From sequence record PP993145.1: 64,000 bases of DNA; one strand, given 5' to 3'. Each line of letters opens with the position of its first letter. Positions within the stretch are counted from its first letter, which is position 1. Below are positions 9,379-19,511 of the stretch, in pieces. The notes beneath the pieces are model-generated. The model saw nothing but the letters and a program-made list of their open reading frames with translations. It searched no databases and was not told the origin of the DNA. The position numbers and the translations under genes are program-made. The DNA comes from Escherichia phage phiP4.

Positions 9379-10253
9379 TAAAGAACCCTCTGTACACCAC
9401 AGCTATCTTCCCGGAGTGTAGTAAATGTGGTGATTTTGCCCGTTTCATCGTTAACTTGCGCAACCGTCAACTGCCCGTTGAAAACACCGCCAGTATCAAG
9501 ATAAACACGGTTTTTATAGAGAAGTGGATAAGGAACCCCAGTATGTCCGTGAAACACGAAATCTACCCCTTTAACTTCTGGTACTTCTACCGTGTATTTT
9601 TCTTTAAATCCTGCGTAACGCTGGAAATATGGGTGTTCTTCTCCATTTTTGGACAAGTGGAAGCCTATTTCTTGGATTACATCTCGATCCCATAAATATG
9701 GCTCAACATGGTATCCAGGATGGTCATGTGGGTCTTCCTTAGCTGCTTCTACTTGCGCAATAAGATTATCCCATACTGGGGTTTCTACCTCATTACCACA
9801 TTCTTTGTATGTAAAAGGTACACCACCGTGAACAACACCAAATTTCTTACCACGATGTCTAACAGTTAGGAATATTGGCATTTTTTCAGCCATATCTTCG
9901 GCAATATTTTTAATGGTGTCTGCATCCAGCTCATTCATAGCCCACATACCACCGTTATACATCCAATTAGCCCAATCTCCCACAATCATAAATTGATCAT
10001 GATTACCACGGACACTGATAAAACGTGGATTATACAGGAATTTGGCTAAAACTTGTAGGTTTTGTGTGCCTCGGTCTATTAAGTCTCCGACACATACTAC
10101 GCAATCTTTTTTGCTATTATACCCAGCTAATTTCAACGCATCTTCTAGCAAATCATTGCATCCATGAATATCACCAACGAAAAACAAGTTGGCCTCATCC
10201 GGCACTACTAGAGTTTTATGTACATTAAATTCTTTTTTCATAATTATTCCCAA
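9378..10253 (-). CDS. serine/threonine protein phosphatase (PPP family, 291 aa)
   Basis: Motifs GDIHG, GDLIDRG, RGNHD match the PPP signature GDxHG / GDxxDRG / GNHE. Confidence 0.7.
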   Translation of the reverse strand: MGIIMKKEFNVHKTLVVPDEANLFFVGDIHGCNDLLEDALKLAGYNSKKDCVVCVGDLIDRGTQNLQVLAKFLYNPRFISVRGNHDQFMIVGDWANWMYNGGMWAMNELDADTIKNIAEDMAEKMPIFLTVRHRGKKFGVVHGGVPFTYKECGNEVETPVWDNLIAQVEAAKEDPHDHPGYHVEPYLWDRDVIQEIGFHLSKNGEEHPYFQRYAGFKEKYTVEVPEVKGVDFVFHGHTGVPYPLLYKNRVYLDTGGVFNGQLTVAQVNDETGKITTFTTLREDSCGVQRVL

Positions 10254-10517
10254 ATAACAGTTAAAATAGTTGTGCCATAGTCATTAGATAGTTGGAGAGT
10301 ATAACCCTCTTTATAGAGGGCTTTTATAGCTTCATAACTAATTTCATCACGATTAAACTGCACAAAAGAACCCCCCAATCCCCACAGAAGAAACTATTCT
10401 CTTTTTAACATACTTATATGGTTTCTTTCTGCTATTAAGAAGTGCAGCTCTATTTATCCTGGCTAAACGTTTTGCTTGTTCCGCTAACATTTAATCCTCC
10501 AATCAATTTATATAACT

Positions 10518-10546
10518 ATTATACCAAAATTTTTAGCAAAAAGCAA
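10518..10546 (-). promoter_or_regulatory. sigma70-type early promoter (TTGCTT-N17-TATAAT)
   Basis: Hexamers and spacer read directly; conserved leader element follows. Confidence 0.55.
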
Positions 10547-10587
10547 GTAAAATAAAAGCCTGATCAGCTAAGATCAGGCTTTGTTTA

Positions 10588-10878
10588 TTAGTCCTCTGGA
10601 TTATCATCCAGGAAATTTTTAATAGCTTCGTGCATAGTTTCTTTACGAAGCTGACGTCCAATCAGAATATGATTAGCTTCTACTCGACCATTGGGTAAAC
10701 GATCCGCCAGAACTACTACAGGAACTTGGCGCACACCAAATTTCTGCATTAATTCTGTATTATCAGTCTCTTTATGGATTTCCAAATTATAGTCACTGAC
10801 TACTTTATCAAATACTGGCTCAAACATTTTGCAAGGGTTGCAAGTGGAACCTTTCAATAGATATACTAATTTACTCAT
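10588..10878 (-). CDS. thioredoxin-fold protein with C-N-P-C motif (96 aa)
   Basis: CxxC motif near N-terminus in a thioredoxin/glutaredoxin-like context. Confidence 0.5.
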   Translation of the reverse strand: MSKLVYLLKGSTCNPCKMFEPVFDKVVSDYNLEIHKETDNTELMQKFGVRQVPVVVLADRLPNGRVEANHILIGRQLRKETMHEAIKNFLDDNPED

Positions 10879-11302
10879 AGTTATTAATGGCCTCTAAGAA
10901 GTTTTTCATAGTTTTTACGGTTGCGGTGCTTAGATCAAGATTTACACCCAAACACTCGGTTAATGCTTCCTGATAAGGAGCCTTCAATCTGCCTTCTGGG
11001 ACTTCTACCTTTTTATACTCTTTATTTTTGACCTTTTTAATCATAGTCTCTAGTACAAGAAGCGGTAATTTAGCACCTTCAATATCAGTACCCAAAAGTT
11101 CAGTTAAAATTTTATTAAGATCAAGACGAGTTAACTTTTTGCCCTTAGACATAGATGCACCTACCTTTGTATCAATAGATTTTTCCGCTTTCTTTTCGAG
11201 CTTTTTGTACTCAGGAGAGTCATGATCACGGAGTGCAATGTTTAGCTCGTAATGTGGTATACGAAAATGTTCCGCCATTTGAGTATAGAAACGATCAGAC
11301 AT
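10871..11302 (-). CDS. hypothetical protein (143 aa)
   Basis: ORF track. Confidence 0.5.
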   Translation of the reverse strand: MSDRFYTQMAEHFRIPHYELNIALRDHDSPEYKKLEKKAEKSIDTKVGASMSKGKKLTRLDLNKILTELLGTDIEGAKLPLLVLETMIKKVKNKEYKKVEVPEGRLKAPYQEALTECLGVNLDLSTATVKTMKNFLEAINNYE

Positions 11303-11377
11303 AATATATACCTCTCTTAACTAATTTATGTATATATTATATAATAACTAGGGCTAAAAGTCAACTACTTTTTTATC

Positions 11378-11794
11378 TTAATCTACTACATGTATAAATC
11401 TTTTCCTAACTAGATACATAGTTATTGGGTAAATTGAGTACATAAGTATCGGGGAGAAAAGGGTGAAATACGCTGTAACTCCCCCAGCTAACATCAAAGG
11501 TATTAATGCTAGAGTAAGGGCCATAAGAATCATGCCGAATGAAACAGCCAAAGCTATGGATATAGGATTCTCTAGTTCCATCCATAACCAACAATATTTC
11601 GTATCTCTATGGCAATTGCATTTACAAACGCCGAATGAACCCATAATTATATACTCTAGTCCGTGAATAACCTTTATTAATAAGCTATTTCGGGTAGTTA
11701 ATGCAAGGATAGTAAAGACTATCATTAAAACGAATACTACTAGACTTATTTTCCAGATACCTAGCAGCATCATAGTGAATAGTTCTGCAAACAT
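11378..11794 (-). CDS. integral membrane protein (138 aa)
   Basis: ORF track; multiple hydrophobic segments. Confidence 0.5.
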   Translation of the reverse strand: MFAELFTMMLLGIWKISLVVFVLMIVFTILALTTRNSLLIKVIHGLEYIIMGSFGVCKCNCHRDTKYCWLWMELENPISIALAVSFGMILMALTLALIPLMLAGGVTAYFTLFSPILMYSIYPITMYLVRKRFIHVVD

Positions 11795-11871
11795 GGCTTT
11801 CTCCTATCTTTAAAAATTATTAAAGCCCCCTTTGCCTAAAAAGGCGGGAATATTCCCGCCTCAGTTATTAA

Positions 11872-12285
11872 TTAAACTAGTTCGACATGACCGCCATCAT
11901 AGGTACCACGTTTTATTTCATCGTGGTAATCTCCCGAAGCATTCCAATCAGCACCAAAACGAAGTTTAATGCCTAGTTCTTTACCAGCTTGTTCAAAAGC
12001 CTTTTTAACTGCCCAAAATGCTTCTAAATCATTCCAATCAATTTTGCCATTAATGTATGGAGCAAAATCAAGGGCATCCCCAGTAATATGCTTGCTTTTA
12101 CTAGGATCTTTTAAAAATGAAGTACCATTAGCAATATTCTGGGCACTTTGTGCTACTGTACGAATACCCTGTACGATTGTGAAATCATATGGAGATAATT
12201 CTAAAGCTCTACGAGCTACTTTTTGTAGCTCTGGCTTAACGGTAGCTAATTGTTTTTCGCTATTTTTACCAAATTTAAAACTCAT
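11872..12285 (-). CDS. endolysin, L-alanyl-D-glutamate peptidase (M15-type zinc peptidase, 137 aa)
   Basis: His/Asp zinc-ligand motifs (HITGDALDF ... DGGHVE); size and position next to a holin-like gene. Confidence 0.65.
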   Translation of the reverse strand: MSFKFGKNSEKQLATVKPELQKVARRALELSPYDFTIVQGIRTVAQSAQNIANGTSFLKDPSKSKHITGDALDFAPYINGKIDWNDLEAFWAVKKAFEQAGKELGIKLRFGADWNASGDYHDEIKRGTYDGGHVELV

Positions 12286-12938
12286 ATTGATCTACCTAAA
12301 GATCTCTGTTGTGGGGAACAGAGCTTTGTTAAATACTCGTTAAATTTCTCAGAATCGGCTGCATCTACAGGATTATCTTTCCAAGCAATACCAATATATC
12401 CAGCATAGATATTGTTTAGATTGAAATACGGACAAGTGTATATGTAATTAAAAGTAACGTTCTTAAACGCAGGTATATTTAACCCCATATATTTATTTAC
12501 TTTTACACTTAAATCCGATGCGTAGTTAAAGCCTTCCAAGTGACGTCTATATAGCTCAGACGTTTTATTTACCGCTTTATCGGCCAAGTCAGCCCTATCT
12601 AATTGCGCATTGCTTTCCCATGCAATAATGTTAGAATAATCATTAATGGCATCGGGTTTATACTTGACGACAAAAACAGCATCCGCACCCGTTTGAGAAA
12701 AGAGTACCATGCTCTTTTCTCTAGCTACATTAGGAAAGTTATCTATCCTTTGAGTTTGAACATCCTGTAGAACCGCAGACGTGGAGAAAGTCTTTAAGAA
12801 TGACATCACCTCGCTAGTATTACTAACAAATAAGAAAATAATGACAGCAACTAAGATAGTTAGCAGACGTTTAAGAAGCGATGCTGGATCTTTCGCTTCT
12901 TGGAGCAGTACCGTTAATAATTGTAAGAACTTTTCCAA
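12282..12938 (-). CDS. holin-like membrane protein (218 aa)
   Basis: N-terminal TM segment; immediately upstream of endolysin, 4-nt overlap. Confidence 0.45.
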   Translation of the reverse strand: MEKFLQLLTVLLQEAKDPASLLKRLLTILVAVIIFLFVSNTSEVMSFLKTFSTSAVLQDVQTQRIDNFPNVAREKSMVLFSQTGADAVFVVKYKPDAINDYSNIIAWESNAQLDRADLADKAVNKTSELYRRHLEGFNYASDLSVKVNKYMGLNIPAFKNVTFNYIYTCPYFNLNNIYAGYIGIAWKDNPVDAADSEKFNEYLTKLCSPQQRSLGRSI

Positions 12939-13094
12939 TTGTAACCTCCTCTAACCAGTACCATTATACTAATTTTGGAGGAAAATTACAATGTGTTTTT
13001 AAAGATCACTTCTGGAGCATAAAATTTTGTCGTTGTCAAGAAGAATTTTAGATAAAAGAAAAGCCAGGGTCGTTAAACCCTGGCTTAAAACTAC

Positions 13095-13694
13095 TTACTC
13101 TTCTTTATGCTCCTCTGATTGAGGTAACTGGGCTTTATTATATTGCTCAGATCGATATTTTGCCAAGATTTCAATACGCTTATGGATTTCTTTGCTATCT
13201 AGATAGATATTTTTGTTGTCTTTTACCATCTCGTCGATTTCGTCTATTGAGAAGAACGGATAGTAGACATCTAGCATCATATCTTCTACGAACTTGTTGT
13301 AAGATTCATAGGCTTTCTTGATTTCTTGACCCTTCTCACAGAATCCGCCAGAGAACGTGTGTCCCATTAGCGTAGCATGTGGATGTACTACCCACCCATG
13401 GCAGGATAAGAAAATTGTGCAGTAAGCAGAAGCACTAGGACCAACCAGATGTCCTATAACTGTTCCACGGCAATTAGCAATTAAGTTAGATAACTGTGCA
13501 GCAGTATCAACATAACCACCCGGGCCATTAATCATCAGATTAATTTCGTCGTCCTCATGTGCCTGCATAAGTACCATTGATAAATCACGGTATTCATCAG
13601 GTGGACCTAATTCTTCATCAAAGAAAAAGGTATACTCATTAGATTGGCGAATGGAGTGAAACAGGTTAGTCTTTTCTTCTTTTTTATTAGTCAT
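13095..13694 (-). CDS. ClpP-like serine protease (199 aa)
   Basis: INGPGGYV and GPSASA motifs resemble ClpP INSPGG / catalytic Ser region. Confidence 0.55.
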   Translation of the reverse strand: MTNKKEEKTNLFHSIRQSNEYTFFFDEELGPPDEYRDLSMVLMQAHEDDEINLMINGPGGYVDTAAQLSNLIANCRGTVIGHLVGPSASAYCTIFLSCHGWVVHPHATLMGHTFSGGFCEKGQEIKKAYESYNKFVEDMMLDVYYPFFSIDEIDEMVKDNKNIYLDSKEIHKRIEILAKYRSEQYNKAQLPQSEEHKEE

Positions 13695-13706
13695 AGCGAT
13701 CCTTGA

Positions 13707-14459
13707 TTATCCAACTAGTGGTTCTAGCTCTAAGTCACAGAAGTTATAAACTTCTAGTTTAAGGTTATTGATACCATCGAATTTATTAACTAATTCGTGA
13801 GTAATATATTTTGCAGGAATACCACTTTCAGATGGATGATCTGATTTAATAGTGAACTTCTGCTCAGCGGGCACTACATTTACTATCAAAGAATCCATAT
13901 CTAAATGGTTTGTTTCTCTGAGTAACTCTCCTTCATTGGGGAATCTAACATCTGTTATTACGGCGACATCTGGGTCGTCTTTAGCGATGGATTGCTCCAG
14001 AATTATGAGCCAAATGCGTTCATGCACCAGCTGCCTTCCTAGCTCTGTCCCTACGAGCTGTAACATTTTTCTCGGAGAAATAAATAAACTATAAAGTCCG
14101 TCTTCTTTATTCTCTGAGATAAGTTGTTGAGGATTAAGGTATTTTTCCTCAAAAATAGGCCAAACGTACGAGAAGTCTTCAAACTTATCGATACCGTACT
14201 TAAACCATACATCTCTGGCTCGCTCCAATTGAGATTGTGTGACCGTAAACCATTGGTCAATCTCTTTTCCTCTGCGCTCTCCTAGAAACTCTGGAGTTAC
14301 ACCGAGGATTACGGATGCAAGTTCATAAACTGGCTTAGCAAAACTATAACGACGAGAAAAACACGTTGGATACGTGTCATTACACCAATCGATAATTAAT
14401 TTTGCAACGGTATCTTTTCCCGAACCAGCTTCACCATGTAAACCGACTAATACTGACAT
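13707..14459 (-). CDS. deoxynucleoside monophosphate kinase (P-loop, 250 aa)
   Basis: Walker A GEAGSGKDT at N-terminus; T5-like dNMP kinase size. Confidence 0.6.
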   Translation of the reverse strand: MSVLVGLHGEAGSGKDTVAKLIIDWCNDTYPTCFSRRYSFAKPVYELASVILGVTPEFLGERRGKEIDQWFTVTQSQLERARDVWFKYGIDKFEDFSYVWPIFEEKYLNPQQLISENKEDGLYSLFISPRKMLQLVGTELGRQLVHERIWLIILEQSIAKDDPDVAVITDVRFPNEGELLRETNHLDMDSLIVNVVPAEQKFTIKSDHPSESGIPAKYITHELVNKFDGINNLKLEVYNFCDLELEPLVG

Positions 14460-14812
14460 TAATCTTTCCTATTGTTAATTGGTGGATAATATACTAAACA
14501 ACGTTTTTCTTGCAAATCTTGACGATAGAAGCAAACCATACTTGTCAGTCGTGAAATATATGAATATTCTGCCTCACGGCATTTTGCCAACATATTCCAA
14601 TCTTTATATGGTACAACAACTACTACGCCATCTTCTCCATTTGTAGCTAATTTCTTTTCAAACTTAAAGTCAAAGCTACAAGGTTGAAGTCCTTTAGGCC
14701 AATCTACATGAGCTGTTGGTAACTCATGTGAGGGTTCTGACTCTATTTCTTGTGCACAGCCTGTGATTGTGATTGCGGCTGCGAGCAGTATTCCAAGTTT
14801 CCAGTTAAACAT
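14459..14812 (-). CDS. putative lipoprotein (117 aa)
   Basis: Signal peptide with lipobox-like ITGC. Confidence 0.5.
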   Translation of the reverse strand: MFNWKLGILLAAAITITGCAQEIESEPSHELPTAHVDWPKGLQPCSFDFKFEKKLATNGEDGVVVVVPYKDWNMLAKCREAEYSYISRLTSMVCFYRQDLQEKRCLVYYPPINNRKD

Positions 14813-15192
14813 GCTAATCTTTCCTCGAACTCTTTACTCTGCTTTTTAGCAATTAATGTTACCAATCCAGGCTTTGCAGCTATAATGTCTTGACGACTAA
14901 GTGCTTTATCAAGCTGACTAATTTTCTTATCTAAGTCTGCTTGAGAAATATTATTCATCGTGAAATACTGATTCATTCTAGTCTCACGAAGTTCACTTTC
15001 AGCTTTCACCTTATTAAGGGAAGTCTCTAGAGAAGAAATCTTTTTAGTAGCTACTGCAAGATCTCCCGCTAAAGTCTCCACTTTATCTACTAAGTGATAA
15101 GCACCGAATCCGATGCCTATCGCTAGACCTGCTCCCAGGATATACCACTTACCGTGCCATATTCCTGAAAGAAGTTTTTGTATCAAATCCAT
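14743..15192 (-). CDS. membrane-anchored coiled-coil protein (149 aa)
   Basis: ORF track; N-terminal TM segment. Confidence 0.4.
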   Translation of the reverse strand: MDLIQKLLSGIWHGKWYILGAGLAIGIGFGAYHLVDKVETLAGDLAVATKKISSLETSLNKVKAESELRETRMNQYFTMNNISQADLDKKISQLDKALSRQDIIAAKPGLVTLIAKKQSKEFEERLACLTGNLEYCSQPQSQSQAVHKK

Positions 15193-15847
15193 GCGCTGCT
15201 AACCTGTCTTTATCTGATACTTTAATCATATCAGGCTCACCAGTTCCTAGTACACCGAAGATATACTGTTCGAGAACTTGGTGTAAACGGTATAAGTTAC
15301 TTTCAATTTCCTGCCACGGAATACCTGACTGATGGAAACGAATGTTAGTCTGAATTACGAAGTTACGAACATCATCGTTATCGTTCTTTTTAATACCTTT
15401 CACATATGCAATCGGTACGCGCAGTTCGGATAAGATACGTTCTGCTTTAGGTTTTGCTTCAGCTAGCAGATCACGCATTGTTTCACGAACATCTCCACGA
15501 CTCTTATCCATTAAGTAAGAGCGAGCATGCAATCCCATCTCTTCCATTTTATCGAACATAGTGTCGAGATTAAACGTTTTGAAGCTAAATGCTGGATGCC
15601 AGCAGTACAGCTCGTGTAACCAGTAAACTTCACCTGCAACAAACAGTGGATTTACGAAGTATTCGAAATCACCACGGAAAGATAGTGAACCATCACGAAA
15701 TACCTGGCGAGTATGCACAATGTTCTTTTCTGCATCATCGGTTACTTTAACCAGCAACTCCTCAGTTTTACGTTCCCACACACGATCTGGGTCGAACAAA
15801 CTGTTCTGCAAATCATACACATCGGCGAACTTAGAAATAATCCTCAT
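15149..15847 (-). CDS. hypothetical protein (232 aa)
   Basis: ORF track; promoter 15879..15907 upstream. Confidence 0.55.
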   Translation of the reverse strand: MRIISKFADVYDLQNSLFDPDRVWERKTEELLVKVTDDAEKNIVHTRQVFRDGSLSFRGDFEYFVNPLFVAGEVYWLHELYCWHPAFSFKTFNLDTMFDKMEEMGLHARSYLMDKSRGDVRETMRDLLAEAKPKAERILSELRVPIAYVKGIKKNDNDDVRNFVIQTNIRFHQSGIPWQEIESNLYRLHQVLEQYIFGVLGTGEPDMIKVSDKDRLAAHGFDTKTSFRNMAR

Positions 15848-15878
15848 ATTTAATCCTCTTGCCTCAATCTATAAACAT

Positions 15879-15907
15879 ATTATACAAAAGTTTGGGCATC
15901 TAAGCAA
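15879..15907 (-). promoter_or_regulatory. sigma70-type early promoter (TTGCTT-N17-TATAAT)
   Basis: Hexamers and spacer read directly. Confidence 0.6.
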
Positions 15908-16001
15908 CTAAAATTTTATTATAAAAATAGCCCAGTCGCAAAAGTGCAGGCTGGGCTTTGTCATTATTTGCTTTTGCTAGTAAGTTGATTTAGTATCAAT
16001 C

Positions 16002-16382
16002 TTATGTAATATTAGTTTCTCTAGCTTTGCGTAGTACCCCTGCGTTTCTCCACAATTTGATGTCAGCAACTGTTTCTTTATATGGAGCAATGGTAGAACC
16101 AATTGGGCCAGCAACTAATAACCCAAAGAACCCTACAATACGCATGTAGAACAAGCATTCTTTGGCTGTCATATTATTTACTGCTTTTTTCTGCTTTTCA
16201 TCTTTAAACTTCTGTTCTTGATCATCAATACGTAGATACTTAATAAACCATTCAGCAGAATATTCGTCCAAATGTCTAATAATAGCTATCGCATATACAG
16301 CACCGATTAAAAACCAAGTTGTAACAAGAATTAGTAATATAGTCATATTATCTCCAGTTATGGCTAGCAGCCACCTCACCAC
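16002..16382 (-). CDS. membrane protein (126 aa)
   Basis: ORF track. Confidence 0.5.
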   Translation of the reverse strand: MVRWLLAITGDNMTILLILVTTWFLIGAVYAIAIIRHLDEYSAEWFIKYLRIDDQEQKFKDEKQKKAVNNMTAKECLFYMRIVGFFGLLVAGPIGSTIAPYKETVADIKLWRNAGVLRKARETNIT

Positions 16383-16456
16383 TTACCGCACTAAGGGGCA
16401 CGACTCCCTTATCCGTAACAGTTGCAGGTGACGCAACTCGGTCCTACGCGAGTTCT

Positions 16457-16741
16457 TTAAGTATTCTGCATTTCAGCTTTAAATTTTTTCATATTACGAG
16501 TTTTTCTATAAAAGAAAAACACAGATGTTGGGCCTAGAAGAATATCTACAATAAATATCATAGATCTAGCACATCTGAGTAATGTTTTATCATCAAGAGG
16601 TGGCAGATCTAACGGTCGAGTTTTATGTATAACGTATAATATTACATCTTTATTCTTAGAAATATACAGATCATCAACCAAGCTGTAAATAGCAACCACA
16701 GATCCAATGACGAACCAAAGAGCAAATGGAGAGATAATCAT
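16457..16741 (-). CDS. membrane protein (94 aa)
   Basis: ORF track. Confidence 0.45.
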   Translation of the reverse strand: MIISPFALWFVIGSVVAIYSLVDDLYISKNKDVILYVIHKTRPLDLPPLDDKTLLRCARSMIFIVDILLGPTSVFFFYRKTRNMKKFKAEMQNT

Positions 16742-17034
16742 TTCAGATCCTTTTCATTAATTAGAATATTAGTAAACAGTGGAGTAAATCCTAGACTCAT
16801 AGTGGGTCCAAAGGTTTTCATAGCTACCCATAACTGCAGGGTAATCATCCCATCTTTAATCTCTGGATCTTTATATTCACCAATACGTTTTTTGGCAAAG
16901 GCAACTACATCTGGGTTATTTTTATTTTCCTGAATATAGTCATGCCAAAACTGAGTATTCTCACTACGTAGGAATGTTAAAACATCCTTAGTTGCTGGGA
17001 TCTGCACTGTGCTGTTGATGTTTAGTCTTTTCAC
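16738..17034 (-). CDS. hypothetical protein (98 aa)
   Basis: ORF track. Confidence 0.5.
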   Translation of the reverse strand: MKRLNINSTVQIPATKDVLTFLRSENTQFWHDYIQENKNNPDVVAFAKKRIGEYKDPEIKDGMITLQLWVAMKTFGPTMSLGFTPLFTNILINEKDLK

Positions 17035-17431
17035 GTTCTTCTCTCCGACGTTTACTTTCTTTCATCATATGAGCTGCTACAACTTCATGGTAGTAGTCAT
17101 TAATGTTACCTTCTGGCAAGAAATGCTTAATAGTCTCTAACTGACAAATAACTCGATGAAGATGGTTATTTGGTAGACACAATTTTATACCTGCAACAAA
17201 TCCTGAGAAGCCTGGAATACTGAACATGGGTTTGGCTTCTACTCTACCTTCAGAGTTGATGTTAAGCTCAATTGAAATACCCATTTTCATGCTATAAAGC
17301 TGGCAATATTCTCCATTACCAGACCTTGACCAAACAGTGAAGTCCTCATCAATTTGATCTTGGATTTCTGTAATTGCAAATTTAATTCTAGGGTCTAAAT
17401 TATTCATCTTCACCTTCAAAGTCGCAATCAT
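16988..17431 (-). CDS. hypothetical protein (147 aa)
   Basis: ORF track. Confidence 0.5.
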   Translation of the reverse strand: MIATLKVKMNNLDPRIKFAITEIQDQIDEDFTVWSRSGNGEYCQLYSMKMGISIELNINSEGRVEAKPMFSIPGFSGFVAGIKLCLPNNHLHRVICQLETIKHFLPEGNINDYYHEVVAAHMMKESKRRREEREKTKHQQHSADPSN

Positions 17432-17786
17432 AACGACAAGTAAAAGAATCAGAACTATTAGTACGTTGAGTGGTTATTTCACCGCGTTTGCTAATAGTAA
17501 CGGCTGGAGTAGAGAAGTTTTTATTAGTATATATTTCTACTTTACCATTACGTTCCTTAACATCACGAACTTTACCATACTCGGTAATAATGCCGTTCTG
17601 TTGGACTTTAACATTACCATTTTTCATAGAAACTTTGGTAGACGCCAGAGAACCGAAACTAACTGCGGAGATCATCAGTGCAATAATAAACTTATTCATC
17701 TTCATCCTCCCCACTACAATCACGACATACATCATAATCGTTGAAAGAACGTTCGTGGGCTTCACACCACCAAGAACAAGAATCAC
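17400..17786 (-). CDS. secreted protein with signal peptide (128 aa)
   Basis: ORF track; signal-peptide-like N-terminus. Confidence 0.45.
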   Translation of the reverse strand: MILVLGGVKPTNVLSTIMMYVVIVVGRMKMNKFIIALMISAVSFGSLASTKVSMKNGNVKVQQNGIITEYGKVRDVKERNGKVEIYTNKNFSTPAVTISKRGEITTQRTNSSDSFTCRYDCDFEGEDE

Positions 17787-17973
17787 AGAGAAACATTTCG
17801 GTTTTCTCCAGTGCTTGACCTAAAAGATCATCAGCTTCCTCAGCAGTAATCTTCAATCCGCACACATCTGCCACACGTTCTTTAATTAAACGACCTGCTT
17901 CGTGGTAAGACATACAGGTTCCCGCAACATCATGTTCAAGAACATGAACAGCACAGTCTAGACGAGTTTTCAT
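17692..17973 (-). CDS. Cys-rich hypothetical protein (93 aa)
   Basis: ORF track; promoter 18004..18032 upstream. Confidence 0.5.
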   Translation of the reverse strand: MKTRLDCAVHVLEHDVAGTCMSYHEAGRLIKERVADVCGLKITAEEADDLLGQALEKTEMFLCDSCSWWCEAHERSFNDYDVCRDCSGEDEDE

Positions 17974-18003
17974 TTCAAACCTCTCTCATCAATTTATAAA
18001 CAT

Positions 18004-18032
18004 ATTATAGCAAGAAAAGAGAGGTTTAGCAA
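18004..18032 (-). promoter_or_regulatory. sigma70-type early promoter (TTGCTA-N17-TATAAT)
   Basis: Hexamers and spacer read directly. Confidence 0.6.
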
Positions 18033-18049
18033 ATGAATTATTTCAGAAT

Positions 18050-18397
18050 TTAGTCATAGCACCACCATAACCCACGTTTACGCATGTCATGATCGCGATT
18101 ATAATCATAATTTTCTGGATCTTTCATCACGCGGTGGAGTTCTTGACGATTCCCTTGACGAACCATTTTATTAGAATGCCACTTAACATTCTTACTAATA
18201 GAATTCCAGTTATAACCATCCTTTTTCTCATTACGAATGGTTGCTTCCTTCATTTCTTTTTTGATGTCGTCCCAGGATTTGGCATAAATAACACGAATCC
18301 AGTAGCCATTTTCTTTGAGGAAAGAATATTCTTGAGAGAATTGTTCTTTAGACTTCCACCACTGATCACCAGATTGTCTACGATAAGTACGGCTCAT
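18050..18397 (-). CDS. hypothetical protein (115 aa)
   Basis: ORF track. Confidence 0.5.
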   Translation of the reverse strand: MSRTYRRQSGDQWWKSKEQFSQEYSFLKENGYWIRVIYAKSWDDIKKEMKEATIRNEKKDGYNWNSISKNVKWHSNKMVRQGNRQELHRVMKDPENYDYNRDHDMRKRGLWWCYD

Positions 18398-18518
18398 ATT
18401 ACCTCCATTAAGTCTTTTAAATTAACCTAATGTGGATGAATTTTATTATACATATATTATGTACCTTTATACAGAAAAACCCCAGACTACTTATTCAATA
18501 GCTGGGGTTTGTTATTAA

Positions 18519-18824
18519 TTACAGATCGGGGCGTTCATCTTCGAACGCTACGAAGCCATCAAATTCATCATTTGAAATACCACCAGTATAGGTGATGTCC
18601 GCAATCATCGCTTCCATTTTCCTGATCTCCGAGGTTTTCATACCTGCTTTACTATTCTTATAATATTTGCGAGGGTTCCCACACATCCAACAAGAACAGA
18701 TGCAAGGAGTAGTAGTGATAATACCTAACCGCTTAGGGCTTTCTTCATGTGGAAAGACTGTCCAATACTTCTTACGGTTGTTCTTCACACGTTGCCGGTG
18801 ATGGCGTCTTAATGCTCGATCCAC
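18519..18824 (-). CDS. Cys-rich hypothetical protein (101 aa)
   Basis: ORF track. Confidence 0.5.
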   Translation of the reverse strand: MDRALRRHHRQRVKNNRKKYWTVFPHEESPKRLGIITTTPCICSCWMCGNPRKYYKNSKAGMKTSEIRKMEAMIADITYTGGISNDEFDGFVAFEDERPDL

Positions 18825-18905
18825 ACATTTCTCCTAAAACTTGGGAGATAAACGGAGTTTGCTCGACTACCTTGCGTAGCTGGGAGAAATCGTATCCAAA
18901 CCCCA

Positions 18906-19274
18906 TTACATCGCCTGAGTAAATGTACGACTAATAACGTCGTTCTGTTGTTCACGAGTCAGTGCATTAAATCGAACAGCGTAGCCAGAGACACGGATGG
19001 TCAACTGAGGATATTTTTCAGGATGTTTCTGCGCATCCAAAAGCTGATCACGGCTTAACACATTGACATTTAGGTGCTGACCACCTTCGATTTGAGGGAC
19101 GACTTCCACCTTAACTTCACGGAAGGATTCAGGATCGAATTGCGGTGTGATACCTTCTAGATCTTCAACTAGAACTTTCTGTTTAAGTTCACCGTTGTCG
19201 GAGTATAGCTGAATAATCTGATTTTCATGAACAAGGTTAATTACGCCAGATTTAAGATTTTGATATGCTTTCAT
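18906..19274 (-). CDS. GrcA/YfiD-like autonomous glycyl radical cofactor protein (122 aa)
   Basis: C-terminal half closely matches E. coli GrcA as recalled, including the glycyl radical motif RVSGYAV. Confidence 0.75.
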   Translation of the reverse strand: MKAYQNLKSGVINLVHENQIIQLYSDNGELKQKVLVEDLEGITPQFDPESFREVKVEVVPQIEGGQHLNVNVLSRDQLLDAQKHPEKYPQLTIRVSGYAVRFNALTREQQNDVISRTFTQAM

Positions 19275-19316
19275 TAGATCTCCCCGATGTTAGAATTTGG
19301 CTCAGCTTTTTATTCT

Positions 19317-19511
19317 TTATACTTTTCCATAGTATACGGAAACTGTCTTACCAGTTTGGTTCATGACATATGCTACTTCATCTTCTTTTAAAAAGATGGC
19401 TTGGTCTACTCCAACTATAGCCAATCTTTTATTTCTAGGATTAAAGCTTACACTTTTGCCTGTATGAATCTGTTCCCCATTCTTGGCTGACATTATTTTA
19501 ATTGTTAACAT
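19317..19511 (-). CDS. hypothetical protein (64 aa)
   Basis: ORF track. Confidence 0.4.
   Translation of the reverse strand: MLTIKIMSAKNGEQIHTGKSVSFNPRNKRLAIVGVDQAIFLKEDEVAYVMNQTGKTVSVYYGKV

Noticed and set aside
17466-17823. Plus-strand ORFs of 92 and 117 aa
   Set aside because: They are antisense to minus-strand genes 17400..17786 and 17692..17973, in a block where all supported genes are on the minus strand.
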